Source of the DNA: an uncultured Chloroflexia bacterium | Lineage (GTDB): Bacteria > Chloroflexota > Limnocylindria > Limnocylindrales > CSP1-4 | Reading direction: 5' to 3' | Assembly (NCBI GenBank): GCA_963717255.1 | Contig: CAVQVT010000007.1 | Coordinates: 171,466 to 235,465, forward strand | Length of the DNA stretch: 64,000 nucleotides | Shown here: one piece after another, positions 54,662 through 64,000 of the stretch | Position numbering within the stretch: position 1 is the first letter of the stretch | Layout of the letters: the number at the start of each line of letters is the position of its first letter | Program-made: the position numbers and the translations under genes | Notes under the pieces: model-generated | What the model saw: the letters and a program-made list of their open reading frames with translations, nothing else | Databases searched by the model: none | What the model was told of the DNA's origin: nothing

Positions 54662-56413
54662 TCAGGGGCAGGCGATCCGGTAGACGAGCAGCTCGTCGGA
54701 GCCGTCCGGCGCGCGGACGGTCGCCTCCGGGACCGGCACGAAGCACTCGGACCCCGGCCCGCCCTCGCCCAGGATGGCGGGCCAGGCGCCCTGGGACGGT
54801 TCGGCCGAGATGACGAGGAGGCGCGCATCGAACGTGCGGGAAAGGTCGAGAACGTCCGCCGGGCTCTCCTGCGGGAGCGCGAGCGACTCCACGCGCGCAC
54901 TCTCGGCGAGCCAGACGGGGTGGTCCGAGATGACGGGGGCGTTCGCTGCCAGGGCGACCCCGGCGGCCTCCGTCGTGCGGAGGAGCTCCTCGTAGCGCCG
55001 CTCCGTCGCGAGCGAGCCCCTGCTCATGCTGGAGATCGTCAGCAGGACCATCGGGACCACGAGCGCCAGGACCACGAGGGGCGCGAGGGCCGCCGATCCG
55101 GGACGCCACGCGCGACGTCGCCCGATCCACGCGACGACCGCGTCCGCTCCGGCCATGGCACTCACGAGGAGCAGGACGTGGACGGGCCCGGCGGCATGGA
55201 GGAAGGTCCCCCACGCCGTCGAGACGGGGAAGAGGAGCGTCGTCGCGAGGAAGGTGAGCGCGGCCCCGATGAGGAGAGGGCGCAGGACGGCCGACCGGAG
55301 GATCCACGGCAGGCCCGCGAGGCCCATGATGCCGACGGGGAGCGCCGGCACCACGAGCACCGTCCAGACGTTGTGCGCGAAGCCGTCGACGCGGTCGGCG
55401 GCGAGCTTCGCCGGGCCCTGCGCGAGCCATCTCGCCAGCGTCGGTCTGTCGGCCCAGGCGAAGATGTCCGACGGGACCCGTGAGAAGGCGTTCGCCACCG
55501 CCTGGCCCGGCAGGGGGGTCCCGAACGTCGCCCACTGCCGGACCGCCCACGGGGCGTAGGCGGCGATCGCGAGGAGGGCAGGCGTCCCGACGAGTCGGGC
55601 GAAGGACCTGGATCTCCCGCGGCCGCCCGAGTCGCGTGCACCGGGCGACCCCGCGACGCCCCAGGCGACCGCGACCCACGCGAACGCGTACCAGATCGCC
55701 TCGTTCCGCGTGAGCGCCGCGATCCCGAGCGCGAGTCCGATCCCGACGAGGCGCGCGTCGAGCGCGCGCGCCCCGCGTGGCGCCCGCGCCACCCGCTCCA
55801 TCAGGATGCAGGCGGCGACGGCCGCGACGGTGAACGGCGCGGTGGAGTCCGGCAAAGCGCCGTAGAGGACGAGCGGCCCGTAGACGGCGGCGACCATGCC
55901 CGATCCGACCGCGAGGACGCGCGATCGGAGAGGCGTGAGCCGACGCTCGTCGGCGAGGTCCGCCGCCAGGCGCCAGACGAGGACCGGGACGATGGAGCTG
56001 ACCAACGCGTTCGGGATCTGCGCGACCCGGAACCCGTTCCCGATGACGGCCATGAGCGGGGCAGGGAGCAGCGACGGGAGCGGGAGCCAGATCTCGAATG
56101 CCGGGCGAGGGAGTGTGAACGGGGGGAGGTAGAAGGACCAGAGCGCGTCGCTCACGAGACCGCGCCCCTCGACGGCGTTCCTGGCGACGCCCCAGTAGTA
56201 CGCCGTGTCCTCGGGCACGGGGAAGGGGACGGCGGCCGCGGCGGCTGTGCGCACGACGACCGCGAGAACCAGGATGCCCACTGCCGAGAGAAGGGCCTCG
56301 AGACGAGTCACGGGGCGATCGTCGCCGTCCTGCGGCGCGCGTCCGGCCCGGTCCCGGCGGGTGTGGCGGGTCCGGCGACGAGCAGCGGGGTGCGCACGCC
56401 CCGACTCTAGCAT
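54662..56413 (-). CDS. GT-C fold membrane glycosyltransferase (PMT_2 / ArnT-like family)
   Basis: Multi-TM protein with the first-loop motif PEDTAYYWGVARNAVEGRGL. The start is uncertain: the first ~35 codons are Arg-rich and GTG 56311 is an alternative. Confidence 0.6.
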   Translation of the reverse strand: MLESGRAHPAARRRTRHTRRDRAGRAPQDGDDRPVTRLEALLSAVGILVLAVVVRTAAAAAVPFPVPEDTAYYWGVARNAVEGRGLVSDALWSFYLPPFTLPRPAFEIWLPLPSLLPAPLMAVIGNGFRVAQIPNALVSSIVPVLVWRLAADLADERRLTPLRSRVLAVGSGMVAAVYGPLVLYGALPDSTAPFTVAAVAACILMERVARAPRGARALDARLVGIGLALGIAALTRNEAIWYAFAWVAVAWGVAGSPGARDSGGRGRSRSFARLVGTPALLAIAAYAPWAVRQWATFGTPLPGQAVANAFSRVPSDIFAWADRPTLARWLAQGPAKLAADRVDGFAHNVWTVLVVPALPVGIMGLAGLPWILRSAVLRPLLIGAALTFLATTLLFPVSTAWGTFLHAAGPVHVLLLVSAMAGADAVVAWIGRRRAWRPGSAALAPLVVLALVVPMVLLTISSMSRGSLATERRYEELLRTTEAAGVALAANAPVISDHPVWLAESARVESLALPQESPADVLDLSRTFDARLLVISAEPSQGAWPAILGEGGPGSECFVPVPEATVRAPDGSDELLVYRIACP

Positions 56414-56472
56414 CGGCCGGCGCCACCCTGGCTCCTCGCGCCGGCGCCGCCCGCCCGGCTAGACTCCCAGCG

Positions 56473-57285
56473 ATGCAGCCCACGTCGCTCGCGATCGTCC
56501 TGCCGGCATTCAATGAGGAGGCACGGCTCGGCGCGGGGCTCGATGAGCTGTTCGCGTACCTGTCTGGCGACGCCGCCCGCGCGGCCCTGCCCCCGGATGT
56601 TCGCGTCCTCGTCGTGGACGATGGCAGCTCGGACGGGACGGCCGCGATCGTCCACCACCGGCGCGAGGCCGCGACCGGCGTGGACGGGGCGACGCCGCGA
56701 CTCGCCGTCCTGACCGTCCCCCACGGCGGCAAGGGCTCGGCGGTCCGCGCCGGCATGCGTGCCGCGGACGCGGACCTCGTCGTCTTCGCTGACGCCGACA
56801 TGGCGACCCCGCCGGACCAGCTGGCGCTGCTCGTCGCCGCGCTGCGCGATCATGACGTGGCCCTGGGGAGCCGGATCCAGCCCGACGGGTGGGACATGCG
56901 GGCGACCCAGTCGCTCTTCCGGCGCCTCCTGGGACAGGCCTTCCACGTCCTCGCCTCTCTCTGGGCCGTCGGTCCCGTCCGCGACACGCAATGCGGCTTC
57001 AAGGGGTTCACTCGGGAAGCCGCGCGCGACCTGTTCACGCGGCAGCGGATCGGGAGCATCGTGTTCGACGTCGAGATCATCTACCTGGCGCGCCGCCGCG
57101 GGTACGGGATCGCGATCGTGCCGATCCGGTGGGCGGACCGACGCGGATCGAGGATGCATCCCCGCCCGGGCCTGGCACTGCGGGTGGCCTGGGACCTGCT
57201 GCGCATCCCGATCCTGCACCGGCACGTGGCTCGCGCCCCGCGAGGTGGCGCCGGCCGCGCGGACCGCCCGTCCGACGCCACCTGA
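56473..57285 (+). CDS. GT2-family polyprenyl-phosphate sugar synthase (Ppm1/DPM1/GtrB-like)
   Basis: LAIVLPAFNEEARL...VLVVDDGSSDGT...VVFADADMATPPDQL are the GT2 DXD-region motifs. Confidence 0.8.
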   Translation: MQPTSLAIVLPAFNEEARLGAGLDELFAYLSGDAARAALPPDVRVLVVDDGSSDGTAAIVHHRREAATGVDGATPRLAVLTVPHGGKGSAVRAGMRAADADLVVFADADMATPPDQLALLVAALRDHDVALGSRIQPDGWDMRATQSLFRRLLGQAFHVLASLWAVGPVRDTQCGFKGFTREAARDLFTRQRIGSIVFDVEIIYLARRRGYGIAIVPIRWADRRGSRMHPRPGLALRVAWDLLRIPILHRHVARAPRGGAGRADRPSDAT

Positions 57286-57288
57286 CCG

Positions 57289-58425
57289 CTACGGGGGCAG
57301 GATCCACGCGAACGCGAGCCAGGCCAGGAGCATCTGCCCGACGAGGAACGCGGAGAGGAGGGCCAGGCGCACCGGCGGGGGGCGCCGCAGTGCGAGCGTC
57401 CAGTCGAACGGCCAAGCGATGGCGAAGTACCGACTGGCAGAAGCGAGGCGCCCCGCCGCTGCGATCGCGACCACCGGGAGGAGTGCGAGGGTCCAGTACG
57501 CCGCGGGCATGCTGTCGCGCCGGAAGAAGGCGAAGAGCGCGAGGTAGAGCACCGCCGGGACCGCCCAGATCACGCCCGCCAGCGCGGGCCACTCGATCGC
57601 CCACAGGGACTGCGCGCGAAGCCAGCCGATCGGGTCGCCGACGACTGCGCCGAGGTACGCGCTGAATCCGAGGAGCGCGAGCGGCCCGAGGGCGAGCCAT
57701 CCCCACGACCGTCGCTCCCGTAGCACCGGGTCGCGGGCGAGGAGGATCACGAGCGGCACGCCGATCAGGATGCCCGGCGGCCTCGCCAGCGTCGCGAGCG
57801 CGTACAGCGCGCCCATCGTCGCCGGTCGGCGCGTCTCCGCGGCGAGGAACGCCCCCGCCGTCAGCAGCAGGAAGAGGGAATCGCTGTATGCGAGCCCGAA
57901 GGCGGTCGCGCCCGGCGCGAGTGAGACGAAGGCGAGGCTCACCAGCGCCGTCTCCGGGTCGAGATGGCGGACGGACAGGGCGTACAGGACGACGAGCGCG
58001 AGCCCGAATGCGGCGTTCGCGACGAGCACGCCGGCGAGGTCCACGTCCCCGAAGGTCAGGGAGGAGGCGACGCGCACGGCGGCGGGGTAGAGCGGGAAGA
58101 ACGCGTAGTCCACCCACTCCCGGAACACGGGCGCGGCGTGATAGCCCTCGGCCGCGATCCCGAGGTAGTACCGGCCGTCGTACACCGTCAGGCTGGTGAG
58201 GATGGGGACGTCGGTCCAGGCGTAGTCCGGCCGGGGGGCCCGCGTCGTCGCCTCCGCGATCGCTGCGATCGCCAGGAGCAGGGCCCGAGTCGCGAGGAAG
58301 AGCCCCGCGATCCGCGGCAGGGCCCACCGCCATCGCGGCTCGATGCCGGTCGCCGGGGCGCGGAAGCCCCGCCCCGCCGCGTCGTCCATGGCGACGAGTG
58401 TACGGGCGACGACCGCGGTCGACAC
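57289..58425 (-). CDS. PIG-V-like (Mannosyl_trans2, GT76-type) integral membrane mannosyltransferase
   Basis: DGRYYLGIAAEGYHAAPVFREWVDYAFFPLYP matches the family motif. About 9 TM helices. Confidence 0.5.
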   Translation of the reverse strand: MSTAVVARTLVAMDDAAGRGFRAPATGIEPRWRWALPRIAGLFLATRALLLAIAAIAEATTRAPRPDYAWTDVPILTSLTVYDGRYYLGIAAEGYHAAPVFREWVDYAFFPLYPAAVRVASSLTFGDVDLAGVLVANAAFGLALVVLYALSVRHLDPETALVSLAFVSLAPGATAFGLAYSDSLFLLLTAGAFLAAETRRPATMGALYALATLARPPGILIGVPLVILLARDPVLRERRSWGWLALGPLALLGFSAYLGAVVGDPIGWLRAQSLWAIEWPALAGVIWAVPAVLYLALFAFFRRDSMPAAYWTLALLPVVAIAAAGRLASASRYFAIAWPFDWTLALRRPPPVRLALLSAFLVGQMLLAWLAFAWILPP

Positions 58426-58535
58426 ACGGTCCAGCCCGCCGAGCAGGGACGGCCCGCCGAGCGGACCTCGCGTCCCTGCTACCCTCGCCCGGTGATCGCC
58501 TCACGCGCCTGCCTCGTCGACTCGGCGGACCCCGC

Positions 58536-59780
58536 ATGAGGAGCGCGCGGCCGCAGGCACTGCCGGCGCCGTCGTGGCCCTCGGTGCTCACGGCGCTCCT
58601 CGTGATGGCGCTCGCGGCCGCCGCCTACCTGCTGTCGAGCAGACTCCTCTCGGACACCGGGGCGTTCTTCGACTCCGGCCGACCCGACTTCTTCTGGCTC
58701 GCCGAGGCCTTCCTGGACGGCCGGACATGGCTGGCGCGTCCGCTCGGCCCCCACGACGTCGTCGTCCTCGACGGCCGCGCCTACGTCCCGTTCGCGCCGG
58801 GCCCGGCCCTCGCGCTCGTCCCGCTCGTGGCCGCGGTGGGCCGCGCGGTGGCCGTCTCCTGGGAGCCGTTCGTCAACGCGCTCCTCGCGGGGGCGGGCGT
58901 CTCCCTCTGCTGGGTCCTCGCCGGCCGGCTGGGTGTCTCCCGGACGAGCGACCGGATCTGGGTCGTCGTCCTCTTCGGGTTCAGCACGGCGATGTGGTGG
59001 GTCACCGCCCGCGGCGGCGTCTGGCACACGGCGCACCTCGTCGCCTCGGTCCTCACGCTGCTCGGCCTCGTCGAGGCGTTCGGCCGCCGGCGACCGCTCC
59101 TCCTGGGCCTCCTCGCCGGCGCCGCCTTCCTGACGCGCGCGCCGCTGCTCTTCGCCGTCCCGTTCTGGGCGTGGTCGGTCCTGCCGCGGGAGGGTGACCG
59201 CGGATGGCAGGGCGGCCGGCACCCGTCGATCGTCCGTCGGTGGGCGCTCCTCGCGCTCGGGGTCGCGCCCGGCGTGCTCTTCGCCCTCTGGTACAACGCC
59301 GTCCGCTTCGGGTCGCCGCTCGAGTCCGGCTATGCGCTCGCCACCTTGCCCGACTGGCTGGCGGACCAGCGCGCGCAGGGCCTCTTCTCGCTCGTCCACG
59401 TGCCGATGAACGTCGACTACTTCCTGCTCAAGCTCCCGCGGTTCTCGTCCACGTTCCCGTGGATCAGGCCCGACTGGCTGGGGATGTCGATCCTCTTCAC
59501 GAGCCCGGGCCTGCTCCTCGCGGTCCGGGCGGACTGGCGCGAGCGTGCCTCATGGGCGCTCCTGGGCACGGCGGTGCTGGTCCTCGTCCCGAGCCTCCTC
59601 TACTACGGCGGGGGTTGGGTCCAGTTCGGCTACCGGTACTTCCTCGATTCGCTCCCCTTCGTGATCGCGCTCGTCGCCCTCGCGGCGGCTCGCGTGGGGG
59701 TCGGCTGGTTGTGGCGGGTGGCGATCGCCTGGGGCGTCGTCATCAACCTGCTGAGCGTCTACTGGGTGTACCGGAGCTGA
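58536..59780 (+). CDS. polytopic membrane glycosyltransferase-like protein (GT-C fold, family unassigned)
   Basis: Re-called at ATG 58536 (MRSARPQALPAPSWPSVLTALLVMALAAAAYLL). About 11 TM helices. Sits inside the glycosyltransferase cluster. Confidence 0.45.
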   Translation: MRSARPQALPAPSWPSVLTALLVMALAAAAYLLSSRLLSDTGAFFDSGRPDFFWLAEAFLDGRTWLARPLGPHDVVVLDGRAYVPFAPGPALALVPLVAAVGRAVAVSWEPFVNALLAGAGVSLCWVLAGRLGVSRTSDRIWVVVLFGFSTAMWWVTARGGVWHTAHLVASVLTLLGLVEAFGRRRPLLLGLLAGAAFLTRAPLLFAVPFWAWSVLPREGDRGWQGGRHPSIVRRWALLALGVAPGVLFALWYNAVRFGSPLESGYALATLPDWLADQRAQGLFSLVHVPMNVDYFLLKLPRFSSTFPWIRPDWLGMSILFTSPGLLLAVRADWRERASWALLGTAVLVLVPSLLYYGGGWVQFGYRYFLDSLPFVIALVALAAARVGVGWLWRVAIAWGVVINLLSVYWVYRS

Positions 59781-59863
59781 CGGACGCGGATGAGCCGGTC
59801 GGTCGTCGGGCCGCGGGCCTCCGCCGTCCGGCCCCCGGCCGTCGCGGTGCTATCCTCGGCGCC

Positions 59864-61081
59864 GTGACCCAGCCTGTCGCCGTGGACGCCGACCCCGCGT
59901 GTCCCGGCGGGGAGGCGACCGCCCCGGACGCTCCCCCCGTCCGGCAGCGCCCCCTCGTCGCGCGTCGCTCCTCGTTCGACGCCGTCGAACCGGGCGCCTG
60001 GCACGCCATCGCGGCCCGGAACCCCTGGGCGACGCCGTTCGCGCGCTGGGCGTTCCACCGGGCCTGGTGGGATGCCTACGGCGAGAACGCCCACGACGAG
60101 ACGGTCATCGTGGTCGATCCCGCGGCGGAGGCCCGGGGTGAGGACGCGCTCGTCGCGATCGTCCCGCTGATGCACCGTCACGGCGTGGAGCCGGGCGATG
60201 CCGCGCGACACACCTCGCTGCGGCGCGAGGCGGACGGGAGCATGACGCCGCTGGTGCCCACCGACAAGGTCGTCTTCTTCGGCGCTTCGTACCACGCCGA
60301 CTACGCCACCGTCCTCGCCGATCCCGCGGACCTGCCGTCCGTGGCCGAGGCGGTCGTCGACCTCCTGGCCGCCCCAGCCGGCCCGAACGATCCCCACCCC
60401 GAGCCGTGGGACGTCGTGGACCTGCGACGGCTCCGGGTCGGCGACCCATCCCTCGAGGCTTTCCGCGCGGCCTTCGCCGCCCGCGCGACCGCGTCGGGTT
60501 GGCACGTCAGGGTCGAGCAGGAGGACGTCTGCCCGGTCGTCTCACTTCCCGGAGGCGTGGACATCGAGGGGTACCTCGCGACGCTCGGCAAGAAGGAGCG
60601 TCACGAGATCCGCCGCAAGGTACGGCGCGCCGACGCGGCCGGCGCCATCGATCTCGTGCCGTCGGCCGACCCGACCGCGGACCTCGATGCGTTCATCGAC
60701 CTCCACCAGCGTCGTTGGGGGGACGACGGCCTCTTCCCGCCCACGGAGGGCGGCGCGATGAGCCGCCGCTTCTTCGCTCGCCTCTTCGAGCTGATGTCCG
60801 GCGACGGCACGCTCGACCTGCGGTTCCTGCAGGTGGACGGCAGGCGCATCGCCGCGGGCGTCGGCTTCGACGACGCGGGGTCGGTCTACTACTACAACGC
60901 CGGGGTGGACCCGGACGCACGCGATCTCTCGCCGGGCGTCGTCATGGTCGAGCGGTACGTGCGCGACGCGCTCGCGCGGGGCAAGCGGCGGCTCGACTTC
61001 CTCCGGGGGAACGAGCCGTACAAGTACGAATGGGGCGCCGTGGACGAGCCCATCCATCGCCTGCTCGTCACGCGGATCTGA
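59864..61081 (+). CDS. FemAB/CelD-like GNAT-fold acyltransferase (Acetyltransf_6 family)
   Basis: Re-called at GTG 59864. The C-terminal region DLRFLQVDGRRIAAGVGFDDAGSVYYYNAGVDPD...LDFLRGNEPYKYEWGA resembles BioF2/CelD-type GNAT proteins. Confidence 0.55.
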   Translation: MTQPVAVDADPACPGGEATAPDAPPVRQRPLVARRSSFDAVEPGAWHAIAARNPWATPFARWAFHRAWWDAYGENAHDETVIVVDPAAEARGEDALVAIVPLMHRHGVEPGDAARHTSLRREADGSMTPLVPTDKVVFFGASYHADYATVLADPADLPSVAEAVVDLLAAPAGPNDPHPEPWDVVDLRRLRVGDPSLEAFRAAFAARATASGWHVRVEQEDVCPVVSLPGGVDIEGYLATLGKKERHEIRRKVRRADAAGAIDLVPSADPTADLDAFIDLHQRRWGDDGLFPPTEGGAMSRRFFARLFELMSGDGTLDLRFLQVDGRRIAAGVGFDDAGSVYYYNAGVDPDARDLSPGVVMVERYVRDALARGKRRLDFLRGNEPYKYEWGAVDEPIHRLLVTRI

Positions 61082-61085
61082 GGCC

Positions 61086-62288
61086 ATGGGCGCACCGCTC
61101 CCCGACGACCCGCTCTACCGCTTCCCGCCGCGCGGCCTGCTGCCGCCCGGCGGACCGGTCCGCGTCGTGGAGCTGCTCGCCACGGGCACGAACGGCGGCG
61201 CCCAGGAGCACGTGTTCGGCCTGCTCTCGCGGATCGACCGGGAGCGCTATTCGCCGACGGTGATCTCGCTCTCGGCGGGGGCGTCCGTCCGGCGGATCGC
61301 GGCCCTGGGCGTCTCCACCCTGGTGATCGACGAGCCGGACGACGCGATCGCCGTGGGCGCGGTGGCCGCGTACCTGGCGGACCTGCGCCCCGACGTCCTG
61401 CACAACCACATGTACCGGGCCGATCTGGTGGGGACCCGCGCGGCGATCGCGCTGGGGGAGATCGGCCAGCCGCGGCCATACGTCGTCTCGACCGTCCACT
61501 CGAGCCGCGTCCGCTCCCCCGAGGACCGGGCGGAGCTCCGGCGCCTCACGCCGCGGATCGACCAGATCATCGCCGTCTCGCGCGCGATCGAGGAGAAGAT
61601 CCGGCACGAGGAGCGGGTGGGCGCCCCCGTCCGGCTCGTGTACAACGGCGTGGACCTTCACCGGTACGACCACCAGGAGCCGTGCTGCACTCTCGGCGAG
61701 GAGTACGGCATCGAGTCCGGAGCGCCGATCGTCGGCGTGATCGCCCGGCTGGAGCCGGAGAAGGGCCATCGGACGCTGCTCGACGCATGGCCGCTCGTCC
61801 TCGGACGCGCGCCGGATGCGCGCCTGCTCGTCGTGGGCGAAGGCTCGCTCCTCACCGAGCTCGCGTGGCAGGCGCGGGAGCTGGGGATCGAGAAGCGTGT
61901 CGTCTTCACCGGCCGCCGGGACGACATCCCGGCGGTGACGGCGGCGCTCGACGTGGCCGTCCTGCCCTCCTACCGCGAGGCGCAGGGGATGGTCATCCTC
62001 GAGGCGATGGCGCTCTCGCGCCCGGTCGTCGCGACGAACGTCGGCGGCATCCCGGAGATGCTCGAAGACGGCGTGTCCGGTCTGCTCGTGCCGCCCCACG
62101 ACCCCGACGCCCTGGCGGCGGCGATCGTCCGGCTCCTCCTCGACCACCCGTTCGCCGACACGATCGCGCGGCACGGCCACGACGTGGCCCACGAGCGATT
62201 CTCGATCGAGTTCATGGTCCGCGCGGTCGAGGACATCTACGACGAAGGTGCGCGGGCGGTCCGCCTGGGGGACGCCGTGGCCGTCTGA
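61086..62288 (+). CDS. GT4-family (group 1) glycosyltransferase
   Basis: The EX7E region LPSYREAQGMVILEAMALSRPVVATNVGGIPEML is typical of GT4. Confidence 0.8.
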   Translation: MGAPLPDDPLYRFPPRGLLPPGGPVRVVELLATGTNGGAQEHVFGLLSRIDRERYSPTVISLSAGASVRRIAALGVSTLVIDEPDDAIAVGAVAAYLADLRPDVLHNHMYRADLVGTRAAIALGEIGQPRPYVVSTVHSSRVRSPEDRAELRRLTPRIDQIIAVSRAIEEKIRHEERVGAPVRLVYNGVDLHRYDHQEPCCTLGEEYGIESGAPIVGVIARLEPEKGHRTLLDAWPLVLGRAPDARLLVVGEGSLLTELAWQARELGIEKRVVFTGRRDDIPAVTAALDVAVLPSYREAQGMVILEAMALSRPVVATNVGGIPEMLEDGVSGLLVPPHDPDALAAAIVRLLLDHPFADTIARHGHDVAHERFSIEFMVRAVEDIYDEGARAVRLGDAVAV

Positions 62289-62423
62289 GCGGGGCGCGCG
62301 ACGACCGCGGCGATCCCCACGGCGCGGCGTCCGGCTGGCGGGCTCGCCGTCGCGTCCGAGGCGCCGCCGGGTGCCGCGTATCATCCCCGCGTGACACGCC
62401 CGTCGGCGTCGCGCGCCGCGCGC

Positions 62424-64000
62424 ATGGTCGCGTGGTTCGGGATCGCCTACCTCATCCTTTATCTCGTCTTCCTGGGCGGCGGCTGGGCGGGCATCTACTC
62501 CGTGCACCTGCGGATCGCGAGCCTCGTTCTCATCGTGGCCGGCCTCGGCGGATGGGCCCTGCTCGCCCTCTTCCGTCCGCTGTTGCGACCGCGATCCGCG
62601 ATCTGGCCGGCGTTCGCGGTCGCGCTGGCGACCCTCGCCCTCGCCACCGTGTTCTCGAGGGATCCCCGGATCAGTGTCGAGTACGTCGCGTGGGCCTCCC
62701 TGCTTGCGGCGCTCTACCTGCTCCTCCAGCGCCTCCTGTCAGATCCGTTCTTCCGTCCGCGCCTCATGGGCCTGGCGGTCCTGATCTGTGCCGCCGTGGG
62801 CATCCTGTACGTGCTCGTCTGCGTGAATGCGTGGGTCGGGTGGTGGGGTCTCGTCGGCCACCTCGCCGTACCGCCTCTGCGGCCCGGGTTCGCGAGCTTC
62901 ACCTGGGGGAACCCGAGCGCCGTCATGACGATCGCCGTCCTCTTCCTCGCGTCGTCGATCGGTCACCTGGGGCTCGCGACACGCGGGCGCGTGGCCGCCG
63001 TCGTCTTCCTCACGGCGCTCACGCTCCTCGTCACCCTGCTCTCCGGCTCGCGCGCGGGCTGGCTCGGGCTGGCGATCGCGCTGGTGGTCACGGTGGTGGC
63101 ATGGATGCTCGCGGGAGGGGGCGCGGGGGCCGTGCGTCGGCTGGCCCGTGCCCGCTCGCCGCGGATCGCCTTCGCAGGTCTCGCGCTCGGCGGCATCACC
63201 GTCGTCGCGATCGCCCTCACCGCGACCCTGGCGCCGGCCGTCCTCTCGCGCGCACAGTCCGGCGGCGAAGCCCTGCGCGCGTCGTACTACGCGGCCGCCT
63301 GGAGGATGGGTCTCGACTCCCCCCTGGTGGGTTCCGGGCCCGGGATGTGGGTCTCCCAGCGCGTCGCGTACACGCCGGCCCCGGAGACCGACTACTACAT
63401 CCCCCACGCCCATGACGTCTACCTGCAGACGTTCGCGGAATCCGGTGTCCTCGGGCTCGTCGCGGGCGTCGTGGCAGTCTCGTGCCTTCTCTGGCTCATC
63501 GCACGCGCCGTCCGGAGCGGAGACCCGGTTCGGCGTCGCTATGGGTGGTGCGTCCTCTTCGCGTCCGTGTACTTCGGGGCGCATCAGCTCCTCGACTTCT
63601 ATCCGAACATGCCCGCGGCTCTCTTCGCCTTCGCGCTCCCGATCGCCTGGCTCGACGCCGCGAGCGACCGGATGCTCCTGCCCGACCGTCCGTCCGCGCG
63701 GCTGCGTCGGCTCGGCGGCGCGATGTTCGCCGGTCTGGTCGTCGCCTCCGTCGCGGTGCTCGCGTGGAGCGAGGTGTCGGCGGTCCGCCTCGACGAAGCC
63801 GTGAACCGAGCGAACCGGTCCGACTGGGCTGCGGCGAGGGGCCCGGCCGAGGACGCCGTGCGCCTGGACCCGTCCATGCCACCCAACCAGCTCGTGCTGG
63901 GGCTCGCTGCCGCGCGGGCCGGCGACGTCGACGCGGCCGAGCGTGCGTTCGCGGCCGCGGCGGCGGCGGACGACCTGCCGACGGCCTGGCTCGACCTCGC
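62424..64000 (+). CDS. O-antigen ligase / PglL-like (Wzy_C) polytopic membrane protein with C-terminal TPR repeats; 3' end beyond window
   Basis: Hand translation (not in the ORF track because it is open-ended) gives LLSGSRAGWLGLAIAL and YYIPHAHDVYLQTFAESGVLGL, Wzy_C/O-antigen-ligase motifs. TPR-like AAARAGDVDAAERAFAAAAAADD follows. GTG 62391 is an alternative start. Confidence 0.6.
   Translation, partial: MVAWFGIAYLILYLVFLGGGWAGIYSVHLRIASLVLIVAGLGGWALLALFRPLLRPRSAIWPAFAVALATLALATVFSRDPRISVEYVAWASLLAALYLLLQRLLSDPFFRPRLMGLAVLICAAVGILYVLVCVNAWVGWWGLVGHLAVPPLRPGFASFTWGNPSAVMTIAVLFLASSIGHLGLATRGRVAAVVFLTALTLLVTLLSGSRAGWLGLAIALVVTVVAWMLAGGGAGAVRRLARARSPRIAFAGLALGGITVVAIALTATLAPAVLSRAQSGGEALRASYYAAAWRMGLDSPLVGSGPGMWVSQRVAYTPAPETDYYIPHAHDVYLQTFAESGVLGLVAGVVAVSCLLWLIARAVRSGDPVRRRYGWCVLFASVYFGAHQLLDFYPNMPAALFAFALPIAWLDAASDRMLLPDRPSARLRRLGGAMFAGLVVASVAVLAWSEVSAVRLDEAVNRANRSDWAAARGPAEDAVRLDPSMPPNQLVLGLAAARAGDVDAAERAFAAAAAADDLPTAWLDL

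Overview
High-GC (about 70%+) chromosomal segment; the gene content and order suggest a high-GC Gram-positive (Actinomycetota-like) organism. Synteny and family names are from recall, not from a search. The first 44 kb is mostly housekeeping. It carries prs (5' part only, at the window edge), gyrA, an AlkD-like alkylation-repair gene and a hotdog thioesterase wedged between gyrA and gyrB, and parB and parA with a consensus parS site and a tetranucleotide microsatellite upstream of parA. It continues with mreD-mrdA-rodA, a B12/radical-SAM TIGR03960 protein and its partner TIGR03936/DUF2344 protein (separated by two transporter genes), and rplU-rpmA-rpmE-DUF1385-prfA ... prmC. Then come a Cof-type HAD hydrolase, glyA, a WecA/MraY-family transferase, a complete F1F0 ATP synthase operon (atpZ-BEFHAGDC) and murA-mreB. 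After that are a PHP phosphoesterase, a flippase-like membrane protein, an XRE regulator, an endonuclease IV gene disrupted by two compensating frameshifts, hpf and comF. The last 20 kb is accessory. It holds a complete Tad/Flp pilus locus on the minus strand (DUF192, tadC, tadB, tadA/cpaF, REC-fused tadZ/cpaE, cpaB, two tandem flp pilin genes plus a third divergent pilin-like ORF). Upstream of it on the same strand is a NarL-type two-component system with a second, degenerate kinase paralog. That is followed directly by a glycosylation cluster: a PMT_2-like GT-C enzyme, a Ppm1-like GT2 enzyme, a PIG-V-like enzyme, another GT-C enzyme, a FemAB/GNAT-like protein, a GT4 enzyme, and an O-antigen-ligase/PglL-like protein with TPR repeats that is truncated at the window end. 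Many long Arg-rich ORFs in the supplied track are antisense or out-of-frame artefacts of the GC content. Several gene starts were re-called at internal GTG/ATG codons with Shine-Dalgarno support, and several genes are linked by 4-nt ATGA/GTGA stop-start overlaps.
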